Below are positions 37,189 to 46,034 of a stretch of DNA of 64,000 nt, piece by piece (position 1 is the first letter of the stretch; each line of letters starts with the position of its first letter). Origin of the DNA: an uncultured Bacteroidales bacterium (GTDB lineage: Bacteria; Bacteroidota; Bacteroidia; Bacteroidales; VadinHA17); the NCBI GenBank assembly GCA_963732365.1, contig CAVSZC010000001.1, positions 354,526 through 418,525 of the forward strand, read 5' to 3'. A program made the translations under genes and the position numbers. The notes under the pieces are model-generated. The model made no database searches. It was not told the origin of the DNA and saw only the letters and a program-made list of their open reading frames with translations.

Positions 37189-40100
37189 CTAATCAGCCTT
37201 GAAGCCCATCACCAGAATATCATCTACCTGGTGTGACGAGCCCATCCAGCTTCTGATCCGTTCATCGAGTATCTCCATCTGTTTATTCATCGGGTAATCC
37301 TGCACCTCCAGAATCAGTTTTATAAAGTTCTTCTTCATAAACTTGCGGCCAGTGGTGCCATTGAACTGATTTATATAACCGTCAGTGAAGAGGTAATATG
37401 AGATATCCCTCTCCATCACCCACTCGCTCTGTGTAAAATCCTGGTTCACCCTGGCCGAGATACCGACTGTCATCTTGCTTCCATAGACCGTCTCAAGGAG
37501 AAATCTTCCATTGGCAACAGATCCGTCATCAGTTTCAAATTCCCCTTTTTCCCATATCTCGATCTCAACTTCATTCATAGGTCTTACCTTGAAGCATGGG
37601 CTATATGCTCCTGAGAATTCGACGATGCGTCTTGTATAGTCAAACACCAGCAGGGCCATATTTATCCCGTCCCTCCTTTCATCTGCCTCACGTGTCTGTT
37701 TAAGGGAGTCAATCACCTGTTTGCGAAGCTCATTAAGAATGTGGCTTGCTTTTCTGTATGGCTGTTTATTAATTATCTCATCGAGGAAGGATATCCCAAG
37801 GAGGCTCATGAAGGCACCCGGCACGCCGTGTCCGGTGCAGTCAGCTGCAACAAGGAAGAACTTCTCCTCCCTGCGGGCCATCCAGTAAAAGTCACCTGAA
37901 ACAACGTCGCGGGGTTTAAAAAGGATGAAGTAGTTCGGAGTCTGATCTGCCAGTATCTTCTCCGGGGGCAGCAAGGCCCTCTGAATGCGGCTGGCATAAT
38001 GAACGCTGGCATCCAGCTCATTCTTCTGACTGACAACATCTGCTGTCTTCTGCCCTGCAAGTTGTTCCAGTCGGATATTCTCATTTCGTAGGCTGCGGGA
38101 GAAGAACCTGGCTGTTGCATAGATAAGCAGCATTAACAGTATTGTATACATAGCCAGGGCCCATGCTGTTGTGTAAAAGGGTTCCCGGACGGAGAAGCTG
38201 AAGAGGGCTTCTTCGCTCTCAAGCCCGGTACTTGTCTTGGCCTTCAGCCTGAAGGTATAATGTCCCGAAGGCAGGTTGGTGTATTCCCTGGCGTTACGTT
38301 TTTCCCACTTTGACCACTCATCGTCAAATCCGTCAAGCCTGTGCCTGTACTCAGTTTTCCCCTCTTCCACGTATGACGTGGCAGTCCATCTGAATGAGAT
38401 GTCATTCTGAAAATATCTCAGTACAGGGAGCTTACCCTCCGCTTGTGATACGGACGGAATTTTTATTCCCGTCTCTGAGGAGGTATAAAAAAGAGGGTCC
38501 ATCAGCAAGGTGCCTGACCCTGCTGTGATGCCTGTAAAGAAAGTGCTGAATGAGCCGTAGCCGTAACCCAGCTTTGCCTTATCCACTACATAAAGGTTGC
38601 GTCCCTTGACAATCCATACATTACCCTCAATGAATTCAATGTCTGCCGTGGGAATGTCAGGCAGGAAATCAAACTGCCGCCTGAAGACCACGTGCCCCTG
38701 GCGTGTAGGGGTTACCAGCGCATCGAAGTGACGCTTGTCAAATCCTGATAAGACAATATCACCCTCCGCAGTCTTAATGATCTTATGAATATTCGCATCG
38801 CCGAATGTCGCACCAACCAGTTTATTATCCTTTTCAAACAGGTCATTATAAGGATTATACAGAAACAGGCCATTTCCGGTGCATATGTACAGGTTATTAT
38901 CTGCAGTAACAATCCGGTTAAGGGTTTTGCTGGTCAGCCCGCTGGTCTCGTCATAGGGAACAAATGTCGTATCAGAGGGTGTGCACTGCATCCTATAAAG
39001 GCGGTCAGGTGAGGCAGTGAGCACCCACCACTCCCCTTCCGCAGAGAGCTCAATATTGCTTACCGCACCTATAGTGGCATTCCTGTAACTGATGTTAGCC
39101 ACCTTCCATCTGCCATTGAGATATTTTATTGTAAGTATTTTACCGTCATCAGTTCCTGCCAGCAGCAGGTCGGGCCTTGTTGTATCAGATTTTACAGCAG
39201 TAATATTCACCTGATCAAGCACCACCGATACCTGTTCGTATTCATCGATCTGGAACAGCCCTTCCGTTGTCCCGGCAATTAGTACTTCCCAGTCAGAATT
39301 CTTACATACGATCAAATCAAAAACCTTACTTTTCACCCCATCCAGCTTCAGAAACTGCATCTTGTTATCATGGTCCACAAAGCTCCTGAAGAGGCCAAGA
39401 TCATGACCTGCGTAAATGTATCCGCCAAACTCCATTGCATTCCTCAGTGATGTTTCAGTGAAGAATTCATTCACCGGGAGCGAGACGTATGCCCTGTCAA
39501 TATATCCCTGTGTACAGAACCAGAGCTGCGAGTTGGACAGATAGTCGCAGAACATAGCCGTTATTGCTGCCTCCGGTATACCTGTCGTTTCTGAGGAAAT
39601 CTGCTGCTGCAGCCTTCCGTCGTTGCTGAAGATGGAGATACCTTCTCCGTCATTGACGCCAACCGCAAAGCGATTACCGGGGAGCCTTACTGCGCCTGAG
39701 ATGGGACCCGCTTTAAGTCTGTCGTTGTTCTCCGTCGAAAGGAAGTCAGATTTCAGTTCACCGGTTTTCAGATTAAAGAGAAAGACGCCTGAGTCGGATG
39801 ATGCAATTAACAGGTTATCCCTGTCATAAACGATGATCGACCTGAACTGCATCATCTTCATCCTGTCTCCCCCGGGTATGAGGCTTATCACACCCTCCTT
39901 CAGTTCAAAAAGACCCTCCCTGTTGTCGGCAATGATTACGCTTCCTTCCCTGGCGAGTAAGAGTGCTGCGTTTGACAGGCTGTTATCCTTGCTCAGATCA
40001 ATTACTGCGAGTTCGTTCCTGTCAATGTCATAGAGATATAGCTTCTTACCGTCTGTGAAATAAACGAATGAGCTGTCGGAAGTGATGGAACAAATCGTCC

Positions 40101-40500
40101 CGACCTCTTTTCTTGCAAGAGAATCGGTCAGCCTGTCAGCGAGCGAGACGTATGAGAGGTCACCCCTGTCGTCCGGCTGAAGGAGGCCAAAATCGTCTGT
40201 CATGCCCGCATAGACAACTCCTCTGTGATCTGAACAGAGTGAGTTTACGCTCTTTTCACCATGCACCTGCACAACTCCCCATTCAGTGCCGTCATAAGTT
40301 AAAATGCCCTTCCGCTGGCTGCCGAAGTACATCACTCCCCTCTTATCCATGGTAGCACAGATGTTATTAGGGTCTCCCGGGGTTTCCATTGCATCGAAAC
40401 AACGCACAACGGGAGCCCCCGACCTGTTAACCTGTGCCAGAAGGGCAAATTGATGAAAAGTCAGCAGAAAAATGAGAAACAGTCCGTTCTTCATTCCCAT
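37189..40500 (-). CDS. Membrane sensor (beta-propeller + Y_Y_Y) fused to a SpoIIE/PP2C phosphatase
   Basis: Signal peptide, propeller repeats, YRHRLDGFD...YTNLPSGHYTF, one TM helix, YASRIQRALLP, VSGDFYW, ADCTGHGVPGAFMS, FTDG and QVDDILV. Confidence 0.92.
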   Translation of the reverse strand: MGMKNGLFLIFLLTFHQFALLAQVNRSGAPVVRCFDAMETPGDPNNICATMDKRGVMYFGSQRKGILTYDGTEWGVVQVHGEKSVNSLCSDHRGVVYAGMTDDFGLLQPDDRGDLSYVSLADRLTDSLARKEVGTICSITSDSSFVYFTDGKKLYLYDIDRNELAVIDLSKDNSLSNAALLLAREGSVIIADNREGLFELKEGVISLIPGGDRMKMMQFRSIIVYDRDNLLIASSDSGVFLFNLKTGELKSDFLSTENNDRLKAGPISGAVRLPGNRFAVGVNDGEGISIFSNDGRLQQQISSETTGIPEAAITAMFCDYLSNSQLWFCTQGYIDRAYVSLPVNEFFTETSLRNAMEFGGYIYAGHDLGLFRSFVDHDNKMQFLKLDGVKSKVFDLIVCKNSDWEVLIAGTTEGLFQIDEYEQVSVVLDQVNITAVKSDTTRPDLLLAGTDDGKILTIKYLNGRWKVANISYRNATIGAVSNIELSAEGEWWVLTASPDRLYRMQCTPSDTTFVPYDETSGLTSKTLNRIVTADNNLYICTGNGLFLYNPYNDLFEKDNKLVGATFGDANIHKIIKTAEGDIVLSGFDKRHFDALVTPTRQGHVVFRRQFDFLPDIPTADIEFIEGNVWIVKGRNLYVVDKAKLGYGYGSFSTFFTGITAGSGTLLMDPLFYTSSETGIKIPSVSQAEGKLPVLRYFQNDISFRWTATSYVEEGKTEYRHRLDGFDDEWSKWEKRNAREYTNLPSGHYTFRLKAKTSTGLESEEALFSFSVREPFYTTAWALAMYTILLMLLIYATARFFSRSLRNENIRLEQLAGQKTADVVSQKNELDASVHYASRIQRALLPPEKILADQTPNYFILFKPRDVVSGDFYWMARREEKFFLVAADCTGHGVPGAFMSLLGISFLDEIINKQPYRKASHILNELRKQVIDSLKQTREADERRDGINMALLVFDYTRRIVEFSGAYSPCFKVRPMNEVEIEIWEKGEFETDDGSVANGRFLLETVYGSKMTVGISARVNQDFTQSEWVMERDISYYLFTDGYINQFNGTTGRKFMKKNFIKLILEVQDYPMNKQMEILDERIRSWMGSSHQVDDILVMGFKAD

Positions 40501-40615
40501 TAAGATCTCCCTGAATAAAGAGATAAATATACGAATTCATATCAAATTCAGGCGGTCAGACTTTGGCATTCTATTTGCGACAATTTTTGTTTATCTTGCT
40601 TCACTTTAAGAAGGT

Positions 40616-43600
40616 ATGAGGGTAATCAACAGAGCTATTGTTCTGCTGGCTTTTGCTGTTGCTGCAACCGGCCTGCTTAAGGCACAGGTTTCGGCTCGTG
40701 AAAGTATGGTTCCGGGGGCTGAACTGAGGCCGGAGTCACCTAACCGTGATCAAGGTATCACCTATCGCAACGGCAATCCCAGGCTGAAGAAGTCATCCGA
40801 TCCTTCCGGAAGATATTTCAGAATCTCTTTGCCGGGTCACCATTTCACTAGTGAAACAGGGAAGCCGGAACTGCCGGTATACAGTCGTCTGATAGAGGTG
40901 CCCCGCGGCATGGAAGTCCGGGTTCATATCTCTGATGTTGTGACAAGGCGGGTACACTTTTCTGACCACGGACTAAGGGGCTCTCAGATCTATCCGTCAC
41001 AGCCTGCCAGGACAAAAAACCAGCCTCCTGATGAAAAGGTTGTAATCAAGGACAAGAAGACGTACGAAACAAGAGGCATTATATCGCATGACACGGTAGT
41101 GATAAAAAGGGAAGGGATATTCAGGGGAAGGGAGCTTTATAACATAGCCCTGTATCCGGCATTCTACGACCCTTCCGGAGGGTATGTTGACCTGATCACA
41201 TCAATGAATGTTGAAATAACTCAATCGCCTTCAGAGACCAAGGGTGACGGCACCTTCCCTCCTGCCGGGGAGAAAGGAGGATTTGCATCTGAGGCGTACA
41301 TCACCGGTTATACTGACGAACCGGTGACCATGATCATTGTGACAGACTCCGTCTTCATAAAACACCTGCAGCCGCTCATAAGATGGAAGACTCTGAAAGG
41401 AATTAATACCACTGTTCTGTATAAGGGGCCCGGGTCACCCGACACGGTCTACAATGACCTTAAGAGAAGGATAACATCATTTTATTCCAGTGCAGTTGAA
41501 GCAGGCAATCCTCCGCAGTATCTGCTCATTGTTGGCGATCTTTCGAAAATACCCGCCTCACGGGGTACAGGAAATGTCTCTGACCTCTATTACGGTGAGT
41601 TTGACGGTGAGGGTGACTACATCCCGGAGCTGTTCATTGGACGCCTTCCGGTCAGTGACACCACCCAGCTCAAGGGAATGGTCAGGAAAATCATTGACTA
41701 TGAGAGCTATGCGTTTGAAGCAGGGAATAAATTCTGGTCTGGCGCGGTGGCAACGGCAGGAAATGACCAGAGCTACGAGAAATATATGAACGGCCAGATA
41801 GGGTATGTATTTGATGAATACCTGAGCCGGGATACATCCCTGAAGGCTTTTCACTGGCTCTATCCCGAAGCGTCACAGAAGGATGATTCCCTTAAGTTGC
41901 TTTTCAACAAAGGGCTGAGCATTCTTAATTATACGGGACACGGTGAGGCTAACGGATTCAGTGACCCGACCTTCAAAACAACAGATGTCAGCGGGCTCAC
42001 AAACATTAACATGTATCCGCTCATTATTTCCAATGCATGCCGTACTGCCCAGATAAATGTAGCTTCATGTTTCGGGTCAGCAATGGTAAATGCAGTGGAT
42101 AAGGGAGCGGTTGGCTTTATCGGATGTACCAACGATTCGTTCTGGGCTGATGATTTCTACTGGTCTGTAGGCCCCGGAACACCTGATACTACAGCGACCT
42201 ACAGCAACACAGGAACAGGAGCCTTTGACAGATTGTTTCACACCCATGACGAGGCACCGGGAGAGTGGTATTATACGATGGGACAGATCAACTTCGCCGG
42301 CAATATGGCTGTCTCAGCAAGCACCAGCTCCAGAAAGAAGTACTACTGGGAAACCTATATGCTTCTTGGGGACCCATCCCTTTCACCAATGATAGGAAGG
42401 CCTGACCGTTTCGAGATAACTGTACCTGATGTTTTGCCCCAGACATTGACTTCCCTTAACTTTTTCTCCAGCCCCTTCTCATATGCAGCAATCACCAATT
42501 TCGATACTCTGTGGGACGCGAGATTTATAAGCCCGTCAGGCAACGTATCACTTGAAATACCGGAAGGGATCAAAGACTCATGCCTCCTGATAGTCACAGG
42601 GCAGAATATGATACCCTTCAGAAAGACATTACGCTTCGGTTCAGTTTCCGGTCCGTTTCTCACAACAGAGAGCATCGTGCTCGATGACTCACAGGGCAAT
42701 AACAACGGTCTTCCCGACTACGGAGAAAAAATTAACCTCAGGGTCACCATCAAGAACCTGGGCAACGGAGTCTCCTCAAACCTGAATGCAGATATATCTG
42801 CCGTTGCAGGAATGATAACAGTTGAACAGGCCATGACATCCCTGGGTGATCTCGCGCCAGGTGAATCATATACTATTGATAACGCATTCATCTTCAGCAT
42901 ATCAGACGAAGCAGAGGATGGCGAAATCGCCTCTCTGCTTCTCACCCTTACCGACAACGGGAATGAGTATCTCTTCGGTTTGGACATGACAATACTGGCT
43001 CCCGATGTCAGAATAATATCATCGGTTCATGATGATAATGATACCGGCAACTCAAATTACCTGCCCGATCCGGGAGAAACGGTAAAAATCAATGTCAGAG
43101 TCAAAAATGAAGGTTCATCAGCGACAAGCGGTACGCTCTCGGTCATCGCTCCTGCCCCATGGCTTACACTGGACTCTGAGGAAATAGCCACGGGCATTCT
43201 TGACCCGGGTGTTGAAAAGGTCCTCAGCCTTGAGGCGGTGATTTCAGATTTTGCCTTACCGGGTACCGAAATCGGTTATGACGTCGCGCTTGTATGCGGA
43301 AAATATGAGGCGTCGGATTCCTACTCAATCAGAACAGGCAAGACCCGTGAGACATGGGAGTTTGACAGGTTTGATGTTTTTCCCTGGATACAGGAGAAGG
43401 ATTTTCCCTGGACAATATCTGCTTCAACATCCTTTGAAAACGTGCGGTCAGCCCGCTCAGGCAATATTCCGGACAAGGATGAGACTGTGCTGGCTATCTA
43501 TGTAAATAACCCGGTAAGTGATACCGTCTCATTTTATTCTATGGTATCGTCTGAGTTTAATTATGACGAGTTTATATTCAGAATTGACAGTGTCACCGAC

Positions 43601-44359
43601 CTGCAGATATCAGGTGAGACACCGTGGGATCTCAGGCAGGCAATTCTCAAACCCGGAGTACATTATCTCGAATGGATATACAGAAAGGATGTCTCACTGT
43701 CAGGGGGGCTTGATGCGGCATGGATAGATGAGATCACCTTCCCCGACATATCCTTTCTCGAGGCTGACTTGCAAATTGACACGGTCTTTGCACCCCCTGC
43801 CAGTGCAGATCTGAACAGCGTTGTCATCAAAGGCAGTGTCGTCAATCTTGGGCGAAATACCCTGACCAGTTTCCCTCTTGCATACAGGATAAATGACGGC
43901 GAGGCCGTAAACGAGACATTCGGCCTCAAGATCGATCCGGGCGATACTGTCAATGTAACTTTCAGCCAGACCTGCAAGCTGCTGCCTGAAACGAGCTATC
44001 GCATTTACATTATCAGCCGCCTGCCTGAAGACGGTTACTCAGGCAACGATACCGCATACACTACCTTTATTAAAACAGACATTGATGTTCCTCAGATAAC
44101 CGAGGGGAGCGTCAGATTGATGCCTAATCCCTTCATTGACAGCTTCATTCTTGAAATTGATGCTGAGGGCGAAGAGAGCGCAGAGATTCAATTTCTTGAC
44201 ATTCAGGGACGTGCCGTGCTACGGTTGAGCGAAGGGCTGATGCCGGGCACCAACAGGATTACTGTATCGTGCCGGCATCTGCAGGCAGGTACATATACCC
44301 TTCGTATTAGTGTCGGTGGAAAAGTGGGGATGATCAGGGCGGTTAAGGGAGGCAATTAG
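40616..44359 (+). CDS. C25 (gingipain-family) cysteine peptidase with propeptide, Ig-like domains and T9SS C-terminal domain
   Basis: GKPELPV propeptide; YLLIVGD, SDLYY, IGRLP, NYTGHG (catalytic His), NACRT (catalytic Cys) and LLGDP; C-terminal MPNPF...DIQGR...LQAGTYTLRI...VK. Confidence 0.9.
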   Translation: MRVINRAIVLLAFAVAATGLLKAQVSARESMVPGAELRPESPNRDQGITYRNGNPRLKKSSDPSGRYFRISLPGHHFTSETGKPELPVYSRLIEVPRGMEVRVHISDVVTRRVHFSDHGLRGSQIYPSQPARTKNQPPDEKVVIKDKKTYETRGIISHDTVVIKREGIFRGRELYNIALYPAFYDPSGGYVDLITSMNVEITQSPSETKGDGTFPPAGEKGGFASEAYITGYTDEPVTMIIVTDSVFIKHLQPLIRWKTLKGINTTVLYKGPGSPDTVYNDLKRRITSFYSSAVEAGNPPQYLLIVGDLSKIPASRGTGNVSDLYYGEFDGEGDYIPELFIGRLPVSDTTQLKGMVRKIIDYESYAFEAGNKFWSGAVATAGNDQSYEKYMNGQIGYVFDEYLSRDTSLKAFHWLYPEASQKDDSLKLLFNKGLSILNYTGHGEANGFSDPTFKTTDVSGLTNINMYPLIISNACRTAQINVASCFGSAMVNAVDKGAVGFIGCTNDSFWADDFYWSVGPGTPDTTATYSNTGTGAFDRLFHTHDEAPGEWYYTMGQINFAGNMAVSASTSSRKKYYWETYMLLGDPSLSPMIGRPDRFEITVPDVLPQTLTSLNFFSSPFSYAAITNFDTLWDARFISPSGNVSLEIPEGIKDSCLLIVTGQNMIPFRKTLRFGSVSGPFLTTESIVLDDSQGNNNGLPDYGEKINLRVTIKNLGNGVSSNLNADISAVAGMITVEQAMTSLGDLAPGESYTIDNAFIFSISDEAEDGEIASLLLTLTDNGNEYLFGLDMTILAPDVRIISSVHDDNDTGNSNYLPDPGETVKINVRVKNEGSSATSGTLSVIAPAPWLTLDSEEIATGILDPGVEKVLSLEAVISDFALPGTEIGYDVALVCGKYEASDSYSIRTGKTRETWEFDRFDVFPWIQEKDFPWTISASTSFENVRSARSGNIPDKDETVLAIYVNNPVSDTVSFYSMVSSEFNYDEFIFRIDSVTDLQISGETPWDLRQAILKPGVHYLEWIYRKDVSLSGGLDAAWIDEITFPDISFLEADLQIDTVFAPPASADLNSVVIKGSVVNLGRNTLTSFPLAYRINDGEAVNETFGLKIDPGDTVNVTFSQTCKLLPETSYRIYIISRLPEDGYSGNDTAYTTFIKTDIDVPQITEGSVRLMPNPFIDSFILEIDAEGEESAEIQFLDIQGRAVLRLSEGLMPGTNRITVSCRHLQAGTYTLRISVGGKVGMIRAVKGGN

Positions 44360-44394
44360 GAGGTAAGAGTTAAAAATTAAGAATTAAGAATTTA
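44360..44394. repeat. Degenerate heptamer array of the GAATTAA family (x5)
   Basis: GAGGTAA GAGTTAA AAATTAA GAATTAA GAATTTA; starts at the base after the stop codon. Confidence 0.8.
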
Positions 44395-44448
44395 AGGTTG
44401 TAGTATAATAGGATCTCAGCGAGTAAATAACGGGCAAAATCAGGATGT

Positions 44449-45024
44449 ATGTCAAAGACTAAGCCAACGCGTGAAGAAGGGCTGGAACTTTTCAGGAAGT
44501 ACAACAAGTCAGAGAGCCTCTACAGGCATGCACTCTCGGTAGAGGCCGTGATGCGTTATATGGCACGGAAAAACGGTGAAGACGAGGAGATGTGGGGTGT
44601 CATAGGACTCATACATGATCTTGACTACGAGATGTACCCTGAACAGCACTGCAGGATGACCGAAGTGATAATGAGAGAAGAGGGATGGCCCGAGGAATAT
44701 ATCAGGGCTGTCATAAGCCACGGCTATGGCATCTGTTCAGATGCACAGCCACAGACTCTTCTTGAAAAGACTCTTTACGCCATCGATGAACTGACAGGCC
44801 TGGTCACCACCAGCGCTCTTGTACGGCCGTCAAGAAGCGTTCTTGACATGGAGGCAAAGTCAGTGCTCAAGAAATGGAATGACCGCAAGTTTGCCGCCGG
44901 TGTTGACAGGAGCGTGATCGAAAAAGGTGCAGCCGATCTGGGTGTTGAGCTGAAAGACCTGGTAGCAGATGCAATCGCCGGCATGAGAGAGGTGGCGGAG
45001 GAGATTGGACTGAAAGGAGTATGA
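44449..45024 (+). CDS. HD/HDIG-domain metal-dependent hydrolase
   Basis: RHALSVEAVM, GLIHDLDYE, HC, SHG, DELTGL and FAAGVDRS motifs. Confidence 0.88.
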   Translation: MSKTKPTREEGLELFRKYNKSESLYRHALSVEAVMRYMARKNGEDEEMWGVIGLIHDLDYEMYPEQHCRMTEVIMREEGWPEEYIRAVISHGYGICSDAQPQTLLEKTLYAIDELTGLVTTSALVRPSRSVLDMEAKSVLKKWNDRKFAAGVDRSVIEKGAADLGVELKDLVADAIAGMREVAEEIGLKGV

Positions 45025-45202
45025 GTTTCGATTTGCGATGTGGGATGTGCGATTGATTCACAGTTGTCAGTTTTCTGTTGTCGGTTATCTGTTGTCGGTT
45101 ATCTGTTGTCGGTTATCTGTTGTCGGTTGTCTGTTATCTGTTTTCTTTGTCTTAAATCTGGATGGCATTTAAATCGAAAATCGCAAATCGCAAATCGCAA
45201 AT
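45023..45202. repeat. Tripartite heptamer locus
   Basis: GAGTTTC GATTTGC GATGTGG GATGTGC (45023-45050); 12 units of CDGTTDT including (CTGTTGT CGGTTAT)x3 (45061-45144); AAATCGA (AAATCGC)x3 AAAT (45171-45202). Confidence 0.95.
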
Positions 45203-45242
45203 AAAAAGGGCGTTCCCGTAAGATACCGGAGACGCCCTTTAT
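45203..45242. terminator. Intrinsic terminator, mainly for the minus-strand DUF1080 gene
   Basis: AAAGGGCGT...ACGCCCTTT stem with A and T tracts. Confidence 0.75.
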
Positions 45243-45260
45243 TAATTGCGCAAGCCTGAT

Positions 45261-45995
45261 TTAAAGCTCTTTAATCTTGATATTCCTGTACCATACATCA
45301 TCGCCGTGATCCTGGAGGCCTACGTAGCCCTCCGCGGCAACCTTCGCCCAATCAGGATTAAGTGCCGGGAACTTGCTGCCGGCCACCAGTGCATTCCAGT
45401 CAGGAGTCCAGAGGTGATATTCAAGAACCGTTTCTCCATTCTGAATATGCCATACAGAACCCTTGTAGACCTTTATCTCAGCAGAGTTCCATTCGCCGGC
45501 AGGCTTTGCATTCTGCGGCACGGCGGGGATCAGGTCATAAAGGGAACCTGCCTTGCGGTTGCCGTCCTTGCCGGCCTCGGCATCAGGATGACGCTCATTG
45601 TCAAGCACCTGCATCTCGGGTGCTGTCTTCCAGATAAAATCAAAGTCAGGACTCTCCTGTGCAAGGTAGAATATACCGCTGTTGCCCCCTTCTGATATCT
45701 TCCATTCAAGCTTAAGATGGAAATTGGTGAATTTCTTATCGTACAGGATGTCACCTCCGCCACCTCCTGCTTCGCCCATTCCGGATCCCTGGCAGTGAAG
45801 GGTGCCTTCAACGATTTCCCATCCCTGTTCCGGGAAGGCAGGTTTGTTGTAGCCGCGCCATCCTTCCGTGGAGGTGCCGTCAAAGAGGGTTACCCATCCT
45901 TCATCTTCAACCTTTGCCTTTTTCCCTTTTCCGGTTCCGCATGAGATGAGAGAGGCCGCAATCACCATAACAAGTACAACGTTTACTATTTTCAT
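45261..45995 (-). CDS. DUF1080 lipoprotein (3-keto-disaccharide hydrolase/eliminase family)
   Basis: Lipobox LISC; WVTLFDG, GNSGIFY, PEMQVLDN, GSLYDLIP, GEWN and LQDHGDDVWYRNIKIKEL motifs. Confidence 0.92.
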   Translation of the reverse strand: MKIVNVVLVMVIAASLISCGTGKGKKAKVEDEGWVTLFDGTSTEGWRGYNKPAFPEQGWEIVEGTLHCQGSGMGEAGGGGGDILYDKKFTNFHLKLEWKISEGGNSGIFYLAQESPDFDFIWKTAPEMQVLDNERHPDAEAGKDGNRKAGSLYDLIPAVPQNAKPAGEWNSAEIKVYKGSVWHIQNGETVLEYHLWTPDWNALVAGSKFPALNPDWAKVAAEGYVGLQDHGDDVWYRNIKIKEL

Positions 45996-46034
45996 ATGTT
46001 TTTAAGTTTAGTGTTAATATTCAGTTTATCAGAC

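Noticed and set aside
45061-45202. Possible CRISPR array
   Set aside because: Units are 7-nt tandem repeats with no unique spacers, and no cas genes are in the window. The same applies to the other arrays.
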